A DNA stretch of 64,000 bases from Escherichia coli O127:H6 str. E2348/69 (GCF_000026545.1 NC_011601.1), one strand, 5' to 3'. Positions 47,784-58,460 are shown, numbered from the stretch's first letter. Notes: a model not told the origin generated them from the letters alone. Made by a program: numbers and translations.

Positions 47784-48431
47784 ATGTATCTTGATACCAG
47801 CAACGTACAGAGCCTGAAAGAAAAGCTGCTGTTATGCGCGGTTAATGAATTTGCCGAATATGGTTACGAAGGGGCCAGAGTCGATAATATCGTCAAGGCC
47901 GCGGGGTGCAGTAAACAGACGGTTTATCACCACTTTGGTAATAAAGAAAATTTATTTATCGAAGTACTGGAATATACCTGGAACGATATTCGACAAAAAG
48001 AAAAGGCCCTTGATTTCTCAGATCTTCCGCCACAGAAAGCCATTGAGAAAATAATCGATTTTACATGGGATTATTATATTTCTAATCCCTGGTTTTTAAA
48101 AATTGTGCATAGTGAAAATCAAAGTAAGGGTGTGCATTATGCAAAATCACAGCGTCTTTTAGAAATTAACCATGCGCACTTGCAGTTAATGGAATCCTTA
48201 TTGGATGAAGGGAAGAAACAAAATATTTTTAAGCCAGATATCGACCCATTGCAGGTGAATATTAATATTGCTGCGCTTGGGGGATATTATTTGATCAACC
48301 AGCATACGCTTGGCCTGGTTTATCACATCAGTATGGTTTCACCGCAGGCACTGGAAGCCAGACGTAAGGTCATCAAAGAGACAATCCTTAGCTGGCTTTT
48401 GGTTGACCCTTCATCTACCGCGCGCGAATAA
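47784..48431 (+). CDS. TetR/AcrR-family transcriptional regulator, divergent from the catabolic operon
   Basis: ORF 47712..48431; likely start ATG 47784 (MYLDTSN) preceded by GGGGAAG; Tet[32 protein letters not shown]. Confidence 0.8.
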   Translation: MYLDTSNVQSLKEKLLLCAVNEFAEYGYEGARVDNIVKAAGCSKQTVYHHFGNKENLFIEVLEYTWNDIRQKEKALDFSDLPPQKAIEKIIDFTWDYYISNPWFLKIVHSENQSKGVHYAKSQRLLEINHAHLQLMESLLDEGKKQNIFKPDIDPLQVNINIAALGGYYLINQHTLGLVYHISMVSPQALEARRKVIKETILSWLLVDPSSTARE

Positions 48432-49053
48432 AACTGCCATCCGGCTGGCGGGTAAACAGGACCTGTTGATTATTCCCCGTATCAATGGTTAAGCCCGTCA
48501 CCACGCCGCTGGCGTTCTGGCGGATTTTCACCATCTGCCCGTTTTGCAAATTACTCAGTGGCTTATCCGCGCCTTCTACCTGCGCCATGGCATAGACATC
48601 GGTAGCGGGCAGTCCGTGGTCGCGGAACAGCTGCGCCATCGTTTTACCGGGTTCGACACGATAGGAGCGCCATTGATTATCAATTCCGCTATCTGGCTGG
48701 AATGGTTGCGTATGGGTGGTTTGCGGCTGCTCTTCTGGCTGGCCTTCCTGTATTGGTTCTGGAGCGACCGGAGCCACCTGATCAGGATCATTTTGTGGCG
48801 TGACTAATTGCGCCCGCAGCTGTTCTTCTGTCGGTGGTTGTGATTGCGACTGAATATCTAACTGCGCTTCACGCGTCACCACCGGCGCGTTGGGCGTATC
48901 ATCAGATGGAAGCAGAAATCCGACCACCAATACAATGGCGGCAATAATGATCCCCCGACGATGCATCGGCGGCAGCGGGTCCATGAAGCGAAAATTGTCC
49001 GGCGCGTGCCAGACTTTCTCCAGGGTTGGTTTTAGTTCAAAGCGCCCGGGCAT
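48415..49053 (-). CDS. ytfB: Cell-division/opacity-associated protein YtfB (OapA, LysM-like)
   Basis: ORF 48415..49089; start at [23 protein letters not shown]; TM segment and Pro/Gln-rich linker; 3' end overlaps TetR gene 3' end by 17 bp. Confidence 0.88.
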   Translation of the reverse strand: MPGRFELKPTLEKVWHAPDNFRFMDPLPPMHRRGIIIAAIVLVVGFLLPSDDTPNAPVVTREAQLDIQSQSQPPTEEQLRAQLVTPQNDPDQVAPVAPEPIQEGQPEEQPQTTHTQPFQPDSGIDNQWRSYRVEPGKTMAQLFRDHGLPATDVYAMAQVEGADKPLSNLQNGQMVKIRQNASGVVTGLTIDTGNNQQVLFTRQPDGSFIRAR

Positions 49054-49270
49054 GGTTTCCTCCTGCTCCGCGTCTTGTTCCTCAATCATAGCCTATGAAT
49101 AAGCTAACGCTATGATGTCCGTGGTAAACCCGCCTTTATTATATTCATACGGGATATTGCTATTGTTTCTTTTTCCCCGGGATTTGTCATCATTCCCGCG
49201 ACAAAGTTTTACCCAAAGAAGTGTGGCTGATATGCTGCCCGCTACTTTATACCCTAAGAAAGGAAATACG

Positions 49271-49891
49271 ATGACCACCCCAACTTTTGACACCATCGAA
49301 GCGCAAGCAAGCTACGGCATTGGTTTGCAGGTAGGGCAACAACTGAGTGAATCTGGCCTGGAAGGGCTGCTGCCAGAAGCACTGGTTGCAGGCATTGCCG
49401 ATGCGCTGGAAGGCAAACATCCGGCTGTTCCGGTTGATGTGGTGCACCGCGCGCTGCGTGAAATCCACGAACGCGCCGATGCCGTTCGTCGTCAGCGTTT
49501 CCAGGCGATGGCTGCTGAAGGTGTGAAATACCTGGAAGAAAACGCCAAAAAAGAAGGTGTAAATAGCACCGAATCTGGCCTGCAATTCCGCGTGATCAAC
49601 CAGGGTGAAGGCGCAATTCCGGCACGTACCGACCGCGTTCGTGTTCATTACACCGGAAAACTGATCGACGGCACCGTGTTTGACAGCTCCGTTGCTCGCG
49701 GCGAGCCAGCTGAATTCCCGGTTAACGGCGTGATCCCTGGCTGGATTGAAGCACTGACTCTGATGCCGGTAGGTTCTAAATGGGAACTGACTATCCCGCA
49801 GGAACTGGCATATGGCGAGCGTGGCGCAGGCGCGTCCATCCCTCCGTTCAGCACCCTGGTGTTTGAAGTCGAACTGCTGGAAATCCTCTAA
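49271..49891 (+). CDS. fklB: FKBP-type peptidyl-prolyl cis-trans isomerase FklB
   Basis: ORF 49112..49891; start at [22 protein letters not shown] (ATG 49271); FKBP domain. Confidence 0.93.
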
Positions 49892-49919
49892 GCAGCGCAT
49901 TCTGTTCCCCTCGAACCAG

Positions 49920-51469
49920 CTGTCTCTTATACACAAATCCCCACCCGGGGATTTGTGATGTCTGTCAGTCTGCTTTAGGGGGACTCTTTCCATCCGGTAG
50001 TTTCCTTCCTCCCCGGCAGCGATTTTTTGAACTTTTTCCTCACCTGTTGATCTTCTCTTATATTTCATTTTCTTCGGGTCTGTTATGGTACTTTCTGATT
50101 GTTATTCATGGGCTAACGAGCAGTTTGGACATGCCCGTCTCGGTGATCCGCGTCGTACACGACGCCTTGTGTCACTGGCCTCTTCTCTCGCTCAGCATGC
50201 AGGTCTTTCTATTGTGAAATCATCCCAGTCCACTGCTCAGGTTGAAGGTGCGTACCGCCTGATACGTAACCCGTCTGTGTCCCCGCAAGCCATTGCCGAA
50301 GCCGGATTTACCGCCACTGTAAGGGCATGTGAGGCTCATCCGCTGCTCCTCGCGCTGGAAGACACCACCACCATTAACTTCAGTCACAGTACGGCATCTG
50401 ATGACCTGGGGAATACCACCACTAACCCGAAGACGCGCGGGCTGCTGGCTCACTCTGTCCTGATGTACGCCCCCGACAGCGCCCTGCCAGTCGGTCTTAT
50501 CGAACAGCAGCGCTGGAGTCGTGCCACGGACACCTACGGTGTTAAGCACCAGCGAAAAGAACGTCCCTATGAAGAAAAAGAAAGTTACCGCTGGCAGCAG
50601 GCTTCGGAGCGCATGGCCGAACGGCTGGGGGAGATACAGAAACGGGTAATCACTGTCTGTGACCGGGAAGCGGATATCTGGCATTACCTGCATTATAAAG
50701 TCAGCCACGGGCAGCGCTTCGTGGTGCGTGCAGCACAGAATCGCCGGCTGGAAGAAGCACCCGGCAAGCTCTTCGAACTGCCGGAAGTCCTGGCAACCGC
50801 GGGAAGCCACACGCTGAATGTGATGCAAAAAGGCGGGCGGGCAGCCCGCCAGGCCCGGATGTTCATCAGTTACAGCGAAGTCAGCATAAAAAATCCCGAC
50901 AACAGCGGCCAGGCGCTCCCGCTCACGTATGTCTGTTGCCGGGAGCAGGCAGAGGACGGCGCCTGCTGGCATCTGCTGACGTCAGAAAAAGTGGCGAGTG
51001 CCGCCGATGCGCGACGTATCGTCAGCCATTACGAGCGACGCTGGCTGATAGAGGAATACCACAAGGCGTGGAAAAGTGGTGGTACATGTGTGGAATCGCT
51101 GTGAATGCAGACCCGGGATAACCTCGAGCGCATGGTGGTTATCAAGGCGTTTATCGCGGTGCGGGTGCTGGGCCTGCGGCAGGGCGGTATCAGTGAAGAA
51201 ACACAAAATGACAGCTGTGAGAAAATACTGACGCCGACAGAGTGGAAACTGCTGTGGGTTAAGCTGGAAGGAAAACCGCTTCCGTCACAGATGCCGACAC
51301 TGAAATGGGCCTGTCTGAAACTGGCGAAACTGGGGCGATGGCATGACAGCAAACGCACCGGTCGCCCCGGTTGGGTAGTCATGTGGGATGGCTGGTTCAG
51401 ACTTCAGGATATGGTTGAGGGTTACCTGGTGATGAAGTCTCTTGATCAGGAGATCTGATCAAGAGACAG
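49920..51469 (+). mobile_element. IS50-like insertion sequence (IS4 family), ~1.55 kb, with terminal inverted repeats and ~9-bp flanking direct repeats
   Basis: Left end CTGTCTCTTATACACAAAT (49920-) and right end AGATCTGATCAAGAGACAG (-51469) match IS50 OE/IE-type ends; flanks CGAACCAG at 49912-49919 and 51470-51477; internal transposase homologous to Tn5 Tnp. Confidence 0.85.
50085..51458 (+). pseudogene. IS50-like DDE transposase interrupted by in-frame TGA (339-aa + 117-aa fragments)
   Basis: ORFs 50085..51104 and 51105..51458 share one frame, separated by TGA at 51102-51104; Tn5-Tnp-like motifs GDPRRT, ALEDTT, CDREADI, RWLIEEYHKAWK in the first part and DNLERMV / DSKRTG in the second. Confidence 0.8.
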
Positions 51470-51757
51470 CGAACCAGAGGGGAGCAGACATTCAGCAATA
51501 AACCCTTCAGTTTGCCAAACGGCGCTATTTTGTGTTGCAAAGACCCCGTAAGCGTGTATTTTTGTGAGCTGTTTCGCGTTATCACCGTGATATGACACTC
51601 ACTTTAAACATAAAATTAACATTAGATCTAAATCTTAGTATTCATACCGCGTATTGTTACCTAATATCGATGAGTCCCGATACAGATTCGTCGTATCATA
51701 GACTGACTAAAGGCCGTAGAGCCTGAACAACACAGACAGGTACAGGAAGAAAAAAAC

Positions 51758-53170
51758 ATGGTAGATCAGGTAAAAGTCGTTGCCGATGATCAGGCTCCGG
51801 CTGAACAGTCGCTACGGCGCAATCTCACAAACCGACATATTCAGCTTATTGCCATTGGCGGTGCCATTGGTACAGGGTTGTTTATGGGGTCCGGCAAAAC
51901 GATTAGCCTTGCCGGGCCGTCGATCATTTTTGTTTATATGATCATTGGTTTTATGCTCTTTTTCGTGATGCGGGCAATGGGGGAATTGCTGCTTTCGAAT
52001 CTGGAATACAAATCTTTTAGTGACTTCGCTTCCGATTTACTCGGGCCGTGGGCAGGATATTTCACCGGCTGGACCTACTGGTTCTGCTGGGTTGTAACCG
52101 GTATGGCAGACGTGGTTGCCATTACCGCCTATGCGCAATTCTGGTTCCCTGGGCTTTCTGACTGGGTTGCTTCGTTATCCGTGATCATTCTGTTACTGGT
52201 TCTAAACCTCGCCACGGTAAAAATGTTCGGTGAGATGGAGTTCTGGTTTGCGATGATCAAAATCGTCGCCATCGTGTCGCTGATTGTTGTCGGCCTGGTC
52301 ATGGTGGCGATGCACTTTCAGTCACCGACCGGTGTGGAAGCATCATTTACACATTTGTGGAATGACGGCGGCTGGTTCCCGAAAGGCTTAAGCGGCTTCT
52401 TTGCCGGATTCCAGATAGCGGTTTTCGCTTTCGTGGGGATTGAGCTGGTAGGTACAACAGCTGCGGAAACCAAAGATCCGGAGAAATCACTGCCACGCGC
52501 GATTAACTCCATTCCGATCCGTATCATTATGTTCTACGTCTTCTCGCTGATTGTGATTATGTCCGTGACGCCGTGGAGTTCGGTAGTCCCGGAGAAAAGC
52601 CCGTTCGTTGAACTGTTTGTGTTGGTAGGTTTGCCTGCGGCTGCCAGCGTGATCAACTTTGTGGTGCTGACCTCTGCGGCGTCTTCCGCTAACAGCGGTG
52701 TCTTCTCTACCAGCCGTATGCTGTTTGGCCTGGCCCAGGAAGGTGTGGCACCGAAAGCGTTCGCTAAACTCTCTAAGCGCGCAGTACCCGCGAAAGGGTT
52801 GACCTTCTCTTGTATCTGTCTGCTCGGCGGCGTGGTGATGTTGTATGTGAATCCCAGCGTGATTGGCGCGTTCACGATGATTACAACCGTTTCCGCGATT
52901 CTGTTTATGTTTGTCTGGACGATTATCCTTTGCTCGTACCTGGTGTATCGCAAACAGCGTCCTCATCTGCATGAGAAGTCGATCTACAAGATGCCACTCG
53001 GCAAGCTGATGTGCTGGGTATGTATGGCGTTCTTTGTGTTTGTTCTGGTGTTGTTGACACTGGAAGATGACACCCGCCAGGCGCTGCTGGTTACCCCGCT
53101 GTGGTTTATCGCGCTGGGGCTGGGCTGGCTGTTTATTGGTAAGAAACGGGCTGCTGAACTGCGGAAATAA
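51758..53170 (+). CDS. cycA: D-serine/D-alanine/glycine transporter CycA (APC family)
   Basis: 470-aa ORF MVDQVKVVADDQAPAEQSLRRNLTNRHIQLIAIGGAIGTGLF. Confidence 0.95.
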   Translation: MVDQVKVVADDQAPAEQSLRRNLTNRHIQLIAIGGAIGTGLFMGSGKTISLAGPSIIFVYMIIGFMLFFVMRAMGELLLSNLEYKSFSDFASDLLGPWAGYFTGWTYWFCWVVTGMADVVAITAYAQFWFPGLSDWVASLSVIILLLVLNLATVKMFGEMEFWFAMIKIVAIVSLIVVGLVMVAMHFQSPTGVEASFTHLWNDGGWFPKGLSGFFAGFQIAVFAFVGIELVGTTAAETKDPEKSLPRAINSIPIRIIMFYVFSLIVIMSVTPWSSVVPEKSPFVELFVLVGLPAAASVINFVVLTSAASSANSGVFSTSRMLFGLAQEGVAPKAFAKLSKRAVPAKGLTFSCICLLGGVVMLYVNPSVIGAFTMITTVSAILFMFVWTIILCSYLVYRKQRPHLHEKSIYKMPLGKLMCWVCMAFFVFVLVLLTLEDDTRQALLVTPLWFIALGLGWLFIGKKRAAELRK

Positions 53171-53214
53171 TCGCATTATCATGCTGGATGGCGCAATGCC
53201 ATCCAGCTTTTAGA

Positions 53215-53877
53215 TCACTCACCCGCCAGCGCGCGCGGGAATAGTACATTGTTTTCCAGACTGATGTGCTCCATCAGGTCATCAATCAGTTCATTAATGC
53301 CGTTATACATCGCTTTCCAGGTGGTGCAGGCTTCCGGCGGCGGTGTGACGTTATTGGTGGTGTGTTTGATCACTTCCAGCAGTTCGCCCGCTTCATCGTG
53401 CTCGCTTTCCATTACGCTGATTGGCCCCATTGCCTGGCTGCCCATGCCTTGTTTAATCATCGGGAAGAGAATTTGCTCTTCTTTCATCATGTGGCTGGAA
53501 AGCTCTTCATGCAGCATAGTCAGGTATTTTGTCAGCCCTTTTGGCACACTTGGTTTGTCGGCGTGAACGCGCTCGACTTTAGTCGCTTGCAGGATCAGCT
53601 CCGGCAGCTGCTCGCGATGGCGATCGTGATAGCGCACAATAATGTGGTCGATGATTTCCGCCAGCGGCGCGCTACGCCAGTCTTTCTCAATCGGTTGTTC
53701 AGCAAGCTTTGCCAGTTCGGCTTCAATGACGTCAACATCCAGTTCTTTACGTGCCGCCGCGCGCGCCAGCGTCTGCTTACCGCCACAGCAGTAATCCATA
53801 TCATATTTACGAAACAGAGCCGAAGCGCGAGGAATAGAGAGCGCCAGTTCACCTAAAGGTTGGTCGCGATAAGCCAT
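53215..53877 (-). CDS. ytfE: Iron-sulfur cluster repair di-iron protein YtfE (RIC)
   Basis: 220-aa ORF with ScdA_N and hemerythrin-like domains. Confidence 0.93.
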   Translation of the reverse strand: MAYRDQPLGELALSIPRASALFRKYDMDYCCGGKQTLARAAARKELDVDVIEAELAKLAEQPIEKDWRSAPLAEIIDHIIVRYHDRHREQLPELILQATKVERVHADKPSVPKGLTKYLTMLHEELSSHMMKEEQILFPMIKQGMGSQAMGPISVMESEHDEAGELLEVIKHTTNNVTPPPEACTTWKAMYNGINELIDDLMEHISLENNVLFPRALAGE

Positions 53878-53903
53878 AGCTGATACCTCATTCTTAATAA
53901 GAT

Positions 53904-53926
53904 AAGATGTATTTTAAATGCACCTT
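53904..53926. promoter_or_regulatory. NsrR operator in the ytfE promoter
   Basis: AAGATGTATTTTAAATGCACCTT, close match to the NsrR inverted-repeat consensus AAGATGCATTTAAAATACATCTT; 27 bp upstream of the ytfE start. Confidence 0.75.
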
Positions 53927-53984
53927 TAAGGCAAAAGCTATAACCCTTACGTAGCAGAGGCTTATTTAACTCACTGCCAGCGTG

Positions 53985-54959
53985 TCAACTTTCTGAGACA
54001 GATTCAGTTAAAGGTTTTTCTGGTTTTGCTCTGACCGCGATGACCACGCCAATCACTAACAGCGCGATACCGCTCAGCGTCATTAGCGGCGGCATTTGCT
54101 GGCGGAGTAAAAAGGTGTACAGCAAACCTGCCAGCGTTTCGAAAACAATCAGCGGCCCGAGAATCACTGTCGGTAATCGCTGGCTGGCGACGTTCCAGCA
54201 GAGTGCGCCAACCCATGAGCAAAGCACGGCTATCGCAACCATCAGACTAATAAACACCAGCGGACGGGGGCCAAAGGGTAAGGAGAAGTCCGGCGTTTGC
54301 ATATTCAGCCAGTAACAGGCGACGAGATAGCCGATGAGAGAAACCGGCAGCGTGACCAGCGCCTGCGCCGTCGCCCACATCATCGGATGTTTGTCGGGAT
54401 TTTCCCGCAGCCAGCGGGCGTTGCGCAGGGCATACCATGCCCAGCAGACCACGGAAACTAACGCTAGCACGATGCCTGAGGTATAACGTGCCCAGTCAAA
54501 ATCGGGGAGTCCGTGGTTTAACTCAGCAATATTCACACACGCCAGGCCGATGCCAATACAAACCAGTGCCGGGGCGAGTTTTCCCCACGCGAGTTTGCCA
54601 TCGCGCTGGCTATAAAGCAGATTGGCAAAAACGGGAATCACCACCGGCAGGGTGCCGATAATCATCGTGGAAACAGGTGCGCCAGTACGTTGAATGGCAC
54701 TGGCGAGGCAGAAGTAATAGATGAGGTTGCCCATCATAGTGAGCATCAAGGCGGTAAGCCAGTCGCGACGCGCCAACTGACGCAGACGCACGCGTCCCAG
54801 CCAGGCAATGGGCAGCGCAATTAACCCTAACGCCAGATAACGCCCCATCGACTGCAACATCGCCGGGTATTCCGGTACGATCAACGGCCCGACAAAAATA
54901 AGCCCCCACATCAACCCTGCTAACAGGGCGTACAGCACGCCGCTAATCATTACTGGCAT
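53985..54959 (-). CDS. ytfF: DMT-superfamily inner-membrane transporter YtfF
   Basis: 324-aa polytopic ORF (EamA-like); true start may be a few codons downstream. Confidence 0.85.
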   Translation of the reverse strand: MPVMISGVLYALLAGLMWGLIFVGPLIVPEYPAMLQSMGRYLALGLIALPIAWLGRVRLRQLARRDWLTALMLTMMGNLIYYFCLASAIQRTGAPVSTMIIGTLPVVIPVFANLLYSQRDGKLAWGKLAPALVCIGIGLACVNIAELNHGLPDFDWARYTSGIVLALVSVVCWAWYALRNARWLRENPDKHPMMWATAQALVTLPVSLIGYLVACYWLNMQTPDFSLPFGPRPLVFISLMVAIAVLCSWVGALCWNVASQRLPTVILGPLIVFETLAGLLYTFLLRQQMPPLMTLSGIALLVIGVVIAVRAKPEKPLTESVSES

Positions 54960-55058
54960 CCATTGGTCTGTCAGAAGAAACGTTCAGGAAGCAGACATGA
55001 TTGCTCCCGGCATCCCGTCATTATCAGAGAGGATGCGGGAGGATGCCACTTTAATTAA

Positions 55059-55919
55059 CTATTTATTAACATTAAAAAGATGGCTTACGCTCTCGGCTAA
55101 CGTTGTCGTTGGGCGGCCAATCAATTTGCTCAGTGTTTTGCTGTCATCAAACAGACCGCCTTTCGATGCGCCAACGTCAGAATCCGCCAGCATATCCGCC
55201 AGTCCGTCAGGCAGGCCAACGCTTTTCAGCGCCGCAGCGAAATCGGTTTCGCTCAGATTTTGATAGGTAACCGATTTGCCGCTCTGTTTGGTCAGCTCTG
55301 CCGCTAACTGTGTCAACGTCCAGGCACTATCGCCCGCCAGTTCGTAAACCTTGCCTTCGTGACCGGCTTCGCTAATCACGCGTGCCGCAGCTACCGCATA
55401 ATCAGCCCGCGTTGCTGAGGCAATTTTGCCATCGCCCGCGGCACCGATAAATACGCCGTGTTCCAGTGCTGCCGGGGCGCTGGCGAGGTAGTTTTCGGTG
55501 TACCAGCCGTTGCGCAGCAGGGTGTAAACGATGCCAGAATCAACCAGCATTTTCTCCGTCTCGATGTGCTCATCGGCGAGGCCGAGCGGGGAGGAATCGG
55601 CATGTAGCAGGCTGGTATAAGCGATAAATTTCACGTCGGCCGCCTTTGCGGCATTAATAACATTACGATGCTGCGGGGCACGTTGACCCACTTCGCTGGA
55701 AGAGATCAGCAGTAGTTTTTCCACTCCCTGAAGCGCAGATGTCAGTGCGGCTTCATCGCCGTAATCAGCCTTACGCACGGTAATGCCTTGTGCTGTCAGT
55801 ACCTGTGCTTTTGCCGGATTACGAACGATAGCCACTATTTGGCTGGCAGGAACCGTTTTCATCAAGGATTCAATAACATAGTGACCAAGTTGGCCAGTGG
55901 CACCAGTAATAGCGATCAT
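55059..55919 (-). CDS. qorB: NAD(P)H:quinone oxidoreductase QorB (YtfG), NmrA-like
   Basis: 286-aa ORF MIAITGATGQLGHYVIESL (Rossmann GxxGxxG). Confidence 0.9.
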   Translation of the reverse strand: MIAITGATGQLGHYVIESLMKTVPASQIVAIVRNPAKAQVLTAQGITVRKADYGDEAALTSALQGVEKLLLISSSEVGQRAPQHRNVINAAKAADVKFIAYTSLLHADSSPLGLADEHIETEKMLVDSGIVYTLLRNGWYTENYLASAPAALEHGVFIGAAGDGKIASATRADYAVAAARVISEAGHEGKVYELAGDSAWTLTQLAAELTKQSGKSVTYQNLSETDFAAALKSVGLPDGLADMLADSDVGASKGGLFDDSKTLSKLIGRPTTTLAESVSHLFNVNK

Positions 55920-56007
55920 GGGAAGTCTCCATCGTTTTGTCTTGTGTTTAAATACGCTAACACTTAAACTTACTTTTAGTAAGTACGTACAAAAAGGTAA
56001 GTATGAA

Positions 56008-56388
56008 ATGAGTCAGGTTAGCCTGTCGCAACAACTGAAAGAGGGAAATCTCTTTGCGGAACAGTGCCCGTCGCGCGAGGTGTTGAAACACGTCACCAGC
56101 CGTTGGGGGGTGTTGATTCTGGTGGCGCTACGCGAAGGTACTCATCGCTTTAGCGACCTGCGGCGCAAAATGGGCGGGGTGAGTGAAAAGATGCTTGCGC
56201 AGTCGTTACAGGCATTAGAACAGGATGGTTTTCTTAACCGTATCGCGTATCCGGTGGTGCCGCCGCATGTGGAATATAGCCTCACGCCGCTGGGCGAGCA
56301 GGTGAGCGAAAAGGTTGCTGCACTGGCGGACTGGATTGAGTTGAATTTGCCCGAGGTGTTAGCGGTGCGGGATGAACGTGCGGCATAA
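56008..56388 (+). CDS. ytfH: HxlR-family transcriptional regulator YtfH
   Basis: ORF 55897..56388; start ATG 56008 (MSQVSLSQQLKEG) preceded by AAAAAGG; winged-helix HxlR motif. Confidence 0.88.
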   Translation: MSQVSLSQQLKEGNLFAEQCPSREVLKHVTSRWGVLILVALREGTHRFSDLRRKMGGVSEKMLAQSLQALEQDGFLNRIAYPVVPPHVEYSLTPLGEQVSEKVAALADWIELNLPEVLAVRDERAA

Positions 56389-56390
56389 CT

Positions 56391-56505
56391 GCCGGATGCG
56401 CTGCGCTTATCCGGACTACGGTTCATGGCTTGTAGGGCGGATAAGATGCGTCAGCATCGCATCCGCCAATAAATGCCGGATGCGGTTGATGATTTGTAGG
56501 CCGAA
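56391..56505. repeat. Cluster of REP elements (BIME-like)
   Basis: Repeated GCCGGATGCG / CGCATCCGGC-type palindromic units and TTGTAGGGCGGATAAG between ytfH and cpdB. Confidence 0.7.
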
Positions 56506-56516
56506 AAAGAAGTGTT

Positions 56517-58460
56517 TTACTTACTCAGATCCACCTGATAAATCGCAAACCCGATATCATCGGTCGCGACTTTATTCATCGGATACTGCCCTTTTTCTTT
56601 AATAAACGCTGCGGCTTTATCTGACGGAGAGGTTTCGAAACGGATATCCAGTTTCTTATCGCCAGCTATCGGTGCTAAACGCCAGTTGTTATCTGCAGCC
56701 GGGTGAATTTCCCCCGCACGTTTCGACTCATCAGCAATCCACGCTGCCAGCACCGAGCGGTTCTCATCCGGTGAAGCAAAAGCGATATGGCTGTCGCCCG
56801 TACCGGCAAATTTGCCGCCGTAAGCGCGATAGTTATTGGTGGCAACGAGGAACATGGCGTTCGGATCAATCGGCTTGCCGTTAAAGGTCAGGTTCTTAAT
56901 CCTTTCCGCATTGGCATTAATCATCTGGCACTCGCCGTCATAACGGGCGGGCTGGGTAACATCAATCTGATAATTCACACCATCAATAACATCAAAGTTA
57001 TAGGTGCGGAAACCATCCCAGTTGATGAGTGACTGTGGTTTCGTGCTGTTAGGATCAATCTGGTTAAACTGTCCGGCGGAGCACTCCAGCCACTCTTTCA
57101 CCTCTTTACCGCTGGCTTTCACCACAATCAGCGTATTGGGGTAGAGATAAAGATCGGCGGCATTACGGAAGGTCAACTGGCCTTTTTCCACCTCCACATA
57201 GCTTGCCGGGTCATTTTTGCGACCACCAACTTTAAACGGTGCGGCAGCTGAAAGCACTGGCAGTTTTGCCAGATCCGGATCGCCCTGAATGTAATGCTCG
57301 ACATACGCTTTTTGCGCGTTGTTCACCACCTGCACGGTCGGATCGTCCTGCACAAGCGCCAGATAGCTATACATATTGTCGGCAGATTTACCGATTGGCT
57401 TGCTGACGAACTGGCGTGTGGCATCGTGATCGGCTTTGAGTGTTTCTACCAGCTTGCTGTCTTCCGCCGCGAGGGATTTTTTATTAGCGATGTCGTAAAT
57501 CGGCCGTGCTTCCGCTTTCGCCTGCGTCACCTGCCATTTACCGCTGTCATTACTGAGTTGTAAGTCGACCACACCAAGATGATCGCCCCACATGCCTGGC
57601 ATTACCGCCGGAACACCATTCAGCGTGCCTTTCGCGATATCAGCCCCTTCGATATCAGCAAAATCTTTACCTGGGAAAACGGCGTGAGCATGGCCAAACA
57701 TAATGGCGTTAACGCCCGGAATTTCACTGAGGTAATAAACTGAGTTTTCCGCCATCACTTTATACGGATCGGCAGACAGCCCGGAATGCGCCAGAACGAC
57801 AACGACATCGGCACCTTTCTCGCGCATTTCAGGCACGTATTTGCGTACGGTTTCGGTAATATCATTCACCGTCACTTTCCCGGATAAATTAGCTTTATCC
57901 CAGCCCATGATTTGTGGCGGGACGACGCCAATATAGCCAATCTTCAGCGTCTGTTTTTTTCCGTCTGTATCGACCACTTCGGTGTCTTTAATTAAATACG
58001 GTGTAAACATTGGCTGTTTGGTTCTGGCGTCAATGACGTTGGCATTTACATAAGGGAATTTCGCTCCCGCCAGCGCATTTTTCAGATAATCCAGACCGTA
58101 GTTAAACTCGTGGTTGCCAAGCGTGCCGACGGTATAGTCCAGCGTATTTAATGCCTTATAGACCGGGTGAATATCACCTGCTTTTAATCCTTTCGCCGAC
58201 ATGTAATCTGCCAGCGGACTCCCCTGAATCAAATCGCCGTTATCGACCAGTAGGCTGTTTTTCACTTCATTGCGGGCATCGTTAATCAGGCTTGCCGTAC
58301 GTACCAGTCCGAATTTTTCCGTGGCGGTGTCTTTGTAATAATCGAAATCCATCATGTTGCTATGCAGATCAGTGGTTTCCATGATACGCAGATCGACCGT
58401 CGCTGCATTCACACTGGCGGCAATCAGCGTGGCCAGGAGCGTTGCGCTAAACTTAATCAT
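56517..58460 (-). CDS. cpdB: 2',3'-cyclic-nucleotide 2'-phosphodiesterase/3'-nucleotidase (periplasmic)
   Basis: ORF 56517..58469; signal peptide [19 protein letters not shown]; calcineurin-like phosphoesterase and 5'-nucleotidase C domains. Confidence 0.93.
   Translation of the reverse strand: MIKFSATLLATLIAASVNAATVDLRIMETTDLHSNMMDFDYYKDTATEKFGLVRTASLINDARNEVKNSLLVDNGDLIQGSPLADYMSAKGLKAGDIHPVYKALNTLDYTVGTLGNHEFNYGLDYLKNALAGAKFPYVNANVIDARTKQPMFTPYLIKDTEVVDTDGKKQTLKIGYIGVVPPQIMGWDKANLSGKVTVNDITETVRKYVPEMREKGADVVVVLAHSGLSADPYKVMAENSVYYLSEIPGVNAIMFGHAHAVFPGKDFADIEGADIAKGTLNGVPAVMPGMWGDHLGVVDLQLSNDSGKWQVTQAKAEARPIYDIANKKSLAAEDSKLVETLKADHDATRQFVSKPIGKSADNMYSYLALVQDDPTVQVVNNAQKAYVEHYIQGDPDLAKLPVLSAAAPFKVGGRKNDPASYVEVEKGQLTFRNAADLYLYPNTLIVVKASGKEVKEWLECSAGQFNQIDPNSTKPQSLINWDGFRTYNFDVIDGVNYQIDVTQPARYDGECQMINANAERIKNLTFNGKPIDPNAMFLVATNNYRAYGGKFAGTGDSHIAFASPDENRSVLAAWIADESKRAGEIHPAADNNWRLAPIAGDKKLDIRFETSPSDKAAAFIKEKGQYPMNKVATDDIGFAIYQVDLSK

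Noticed and set aside
50220-50972. 250-aa minus-strand ORF inside the IS50-like element
   Set aside because: Antisense to the transposase reading frame, which has clear Tn5-Tnp homology; no independent support
52487-53182. 231-aa minus-strand ORF antisense to cycA
   Set aside because: Antisense to a polytopic transporter gene; His/Arg-rich low-complexity translation
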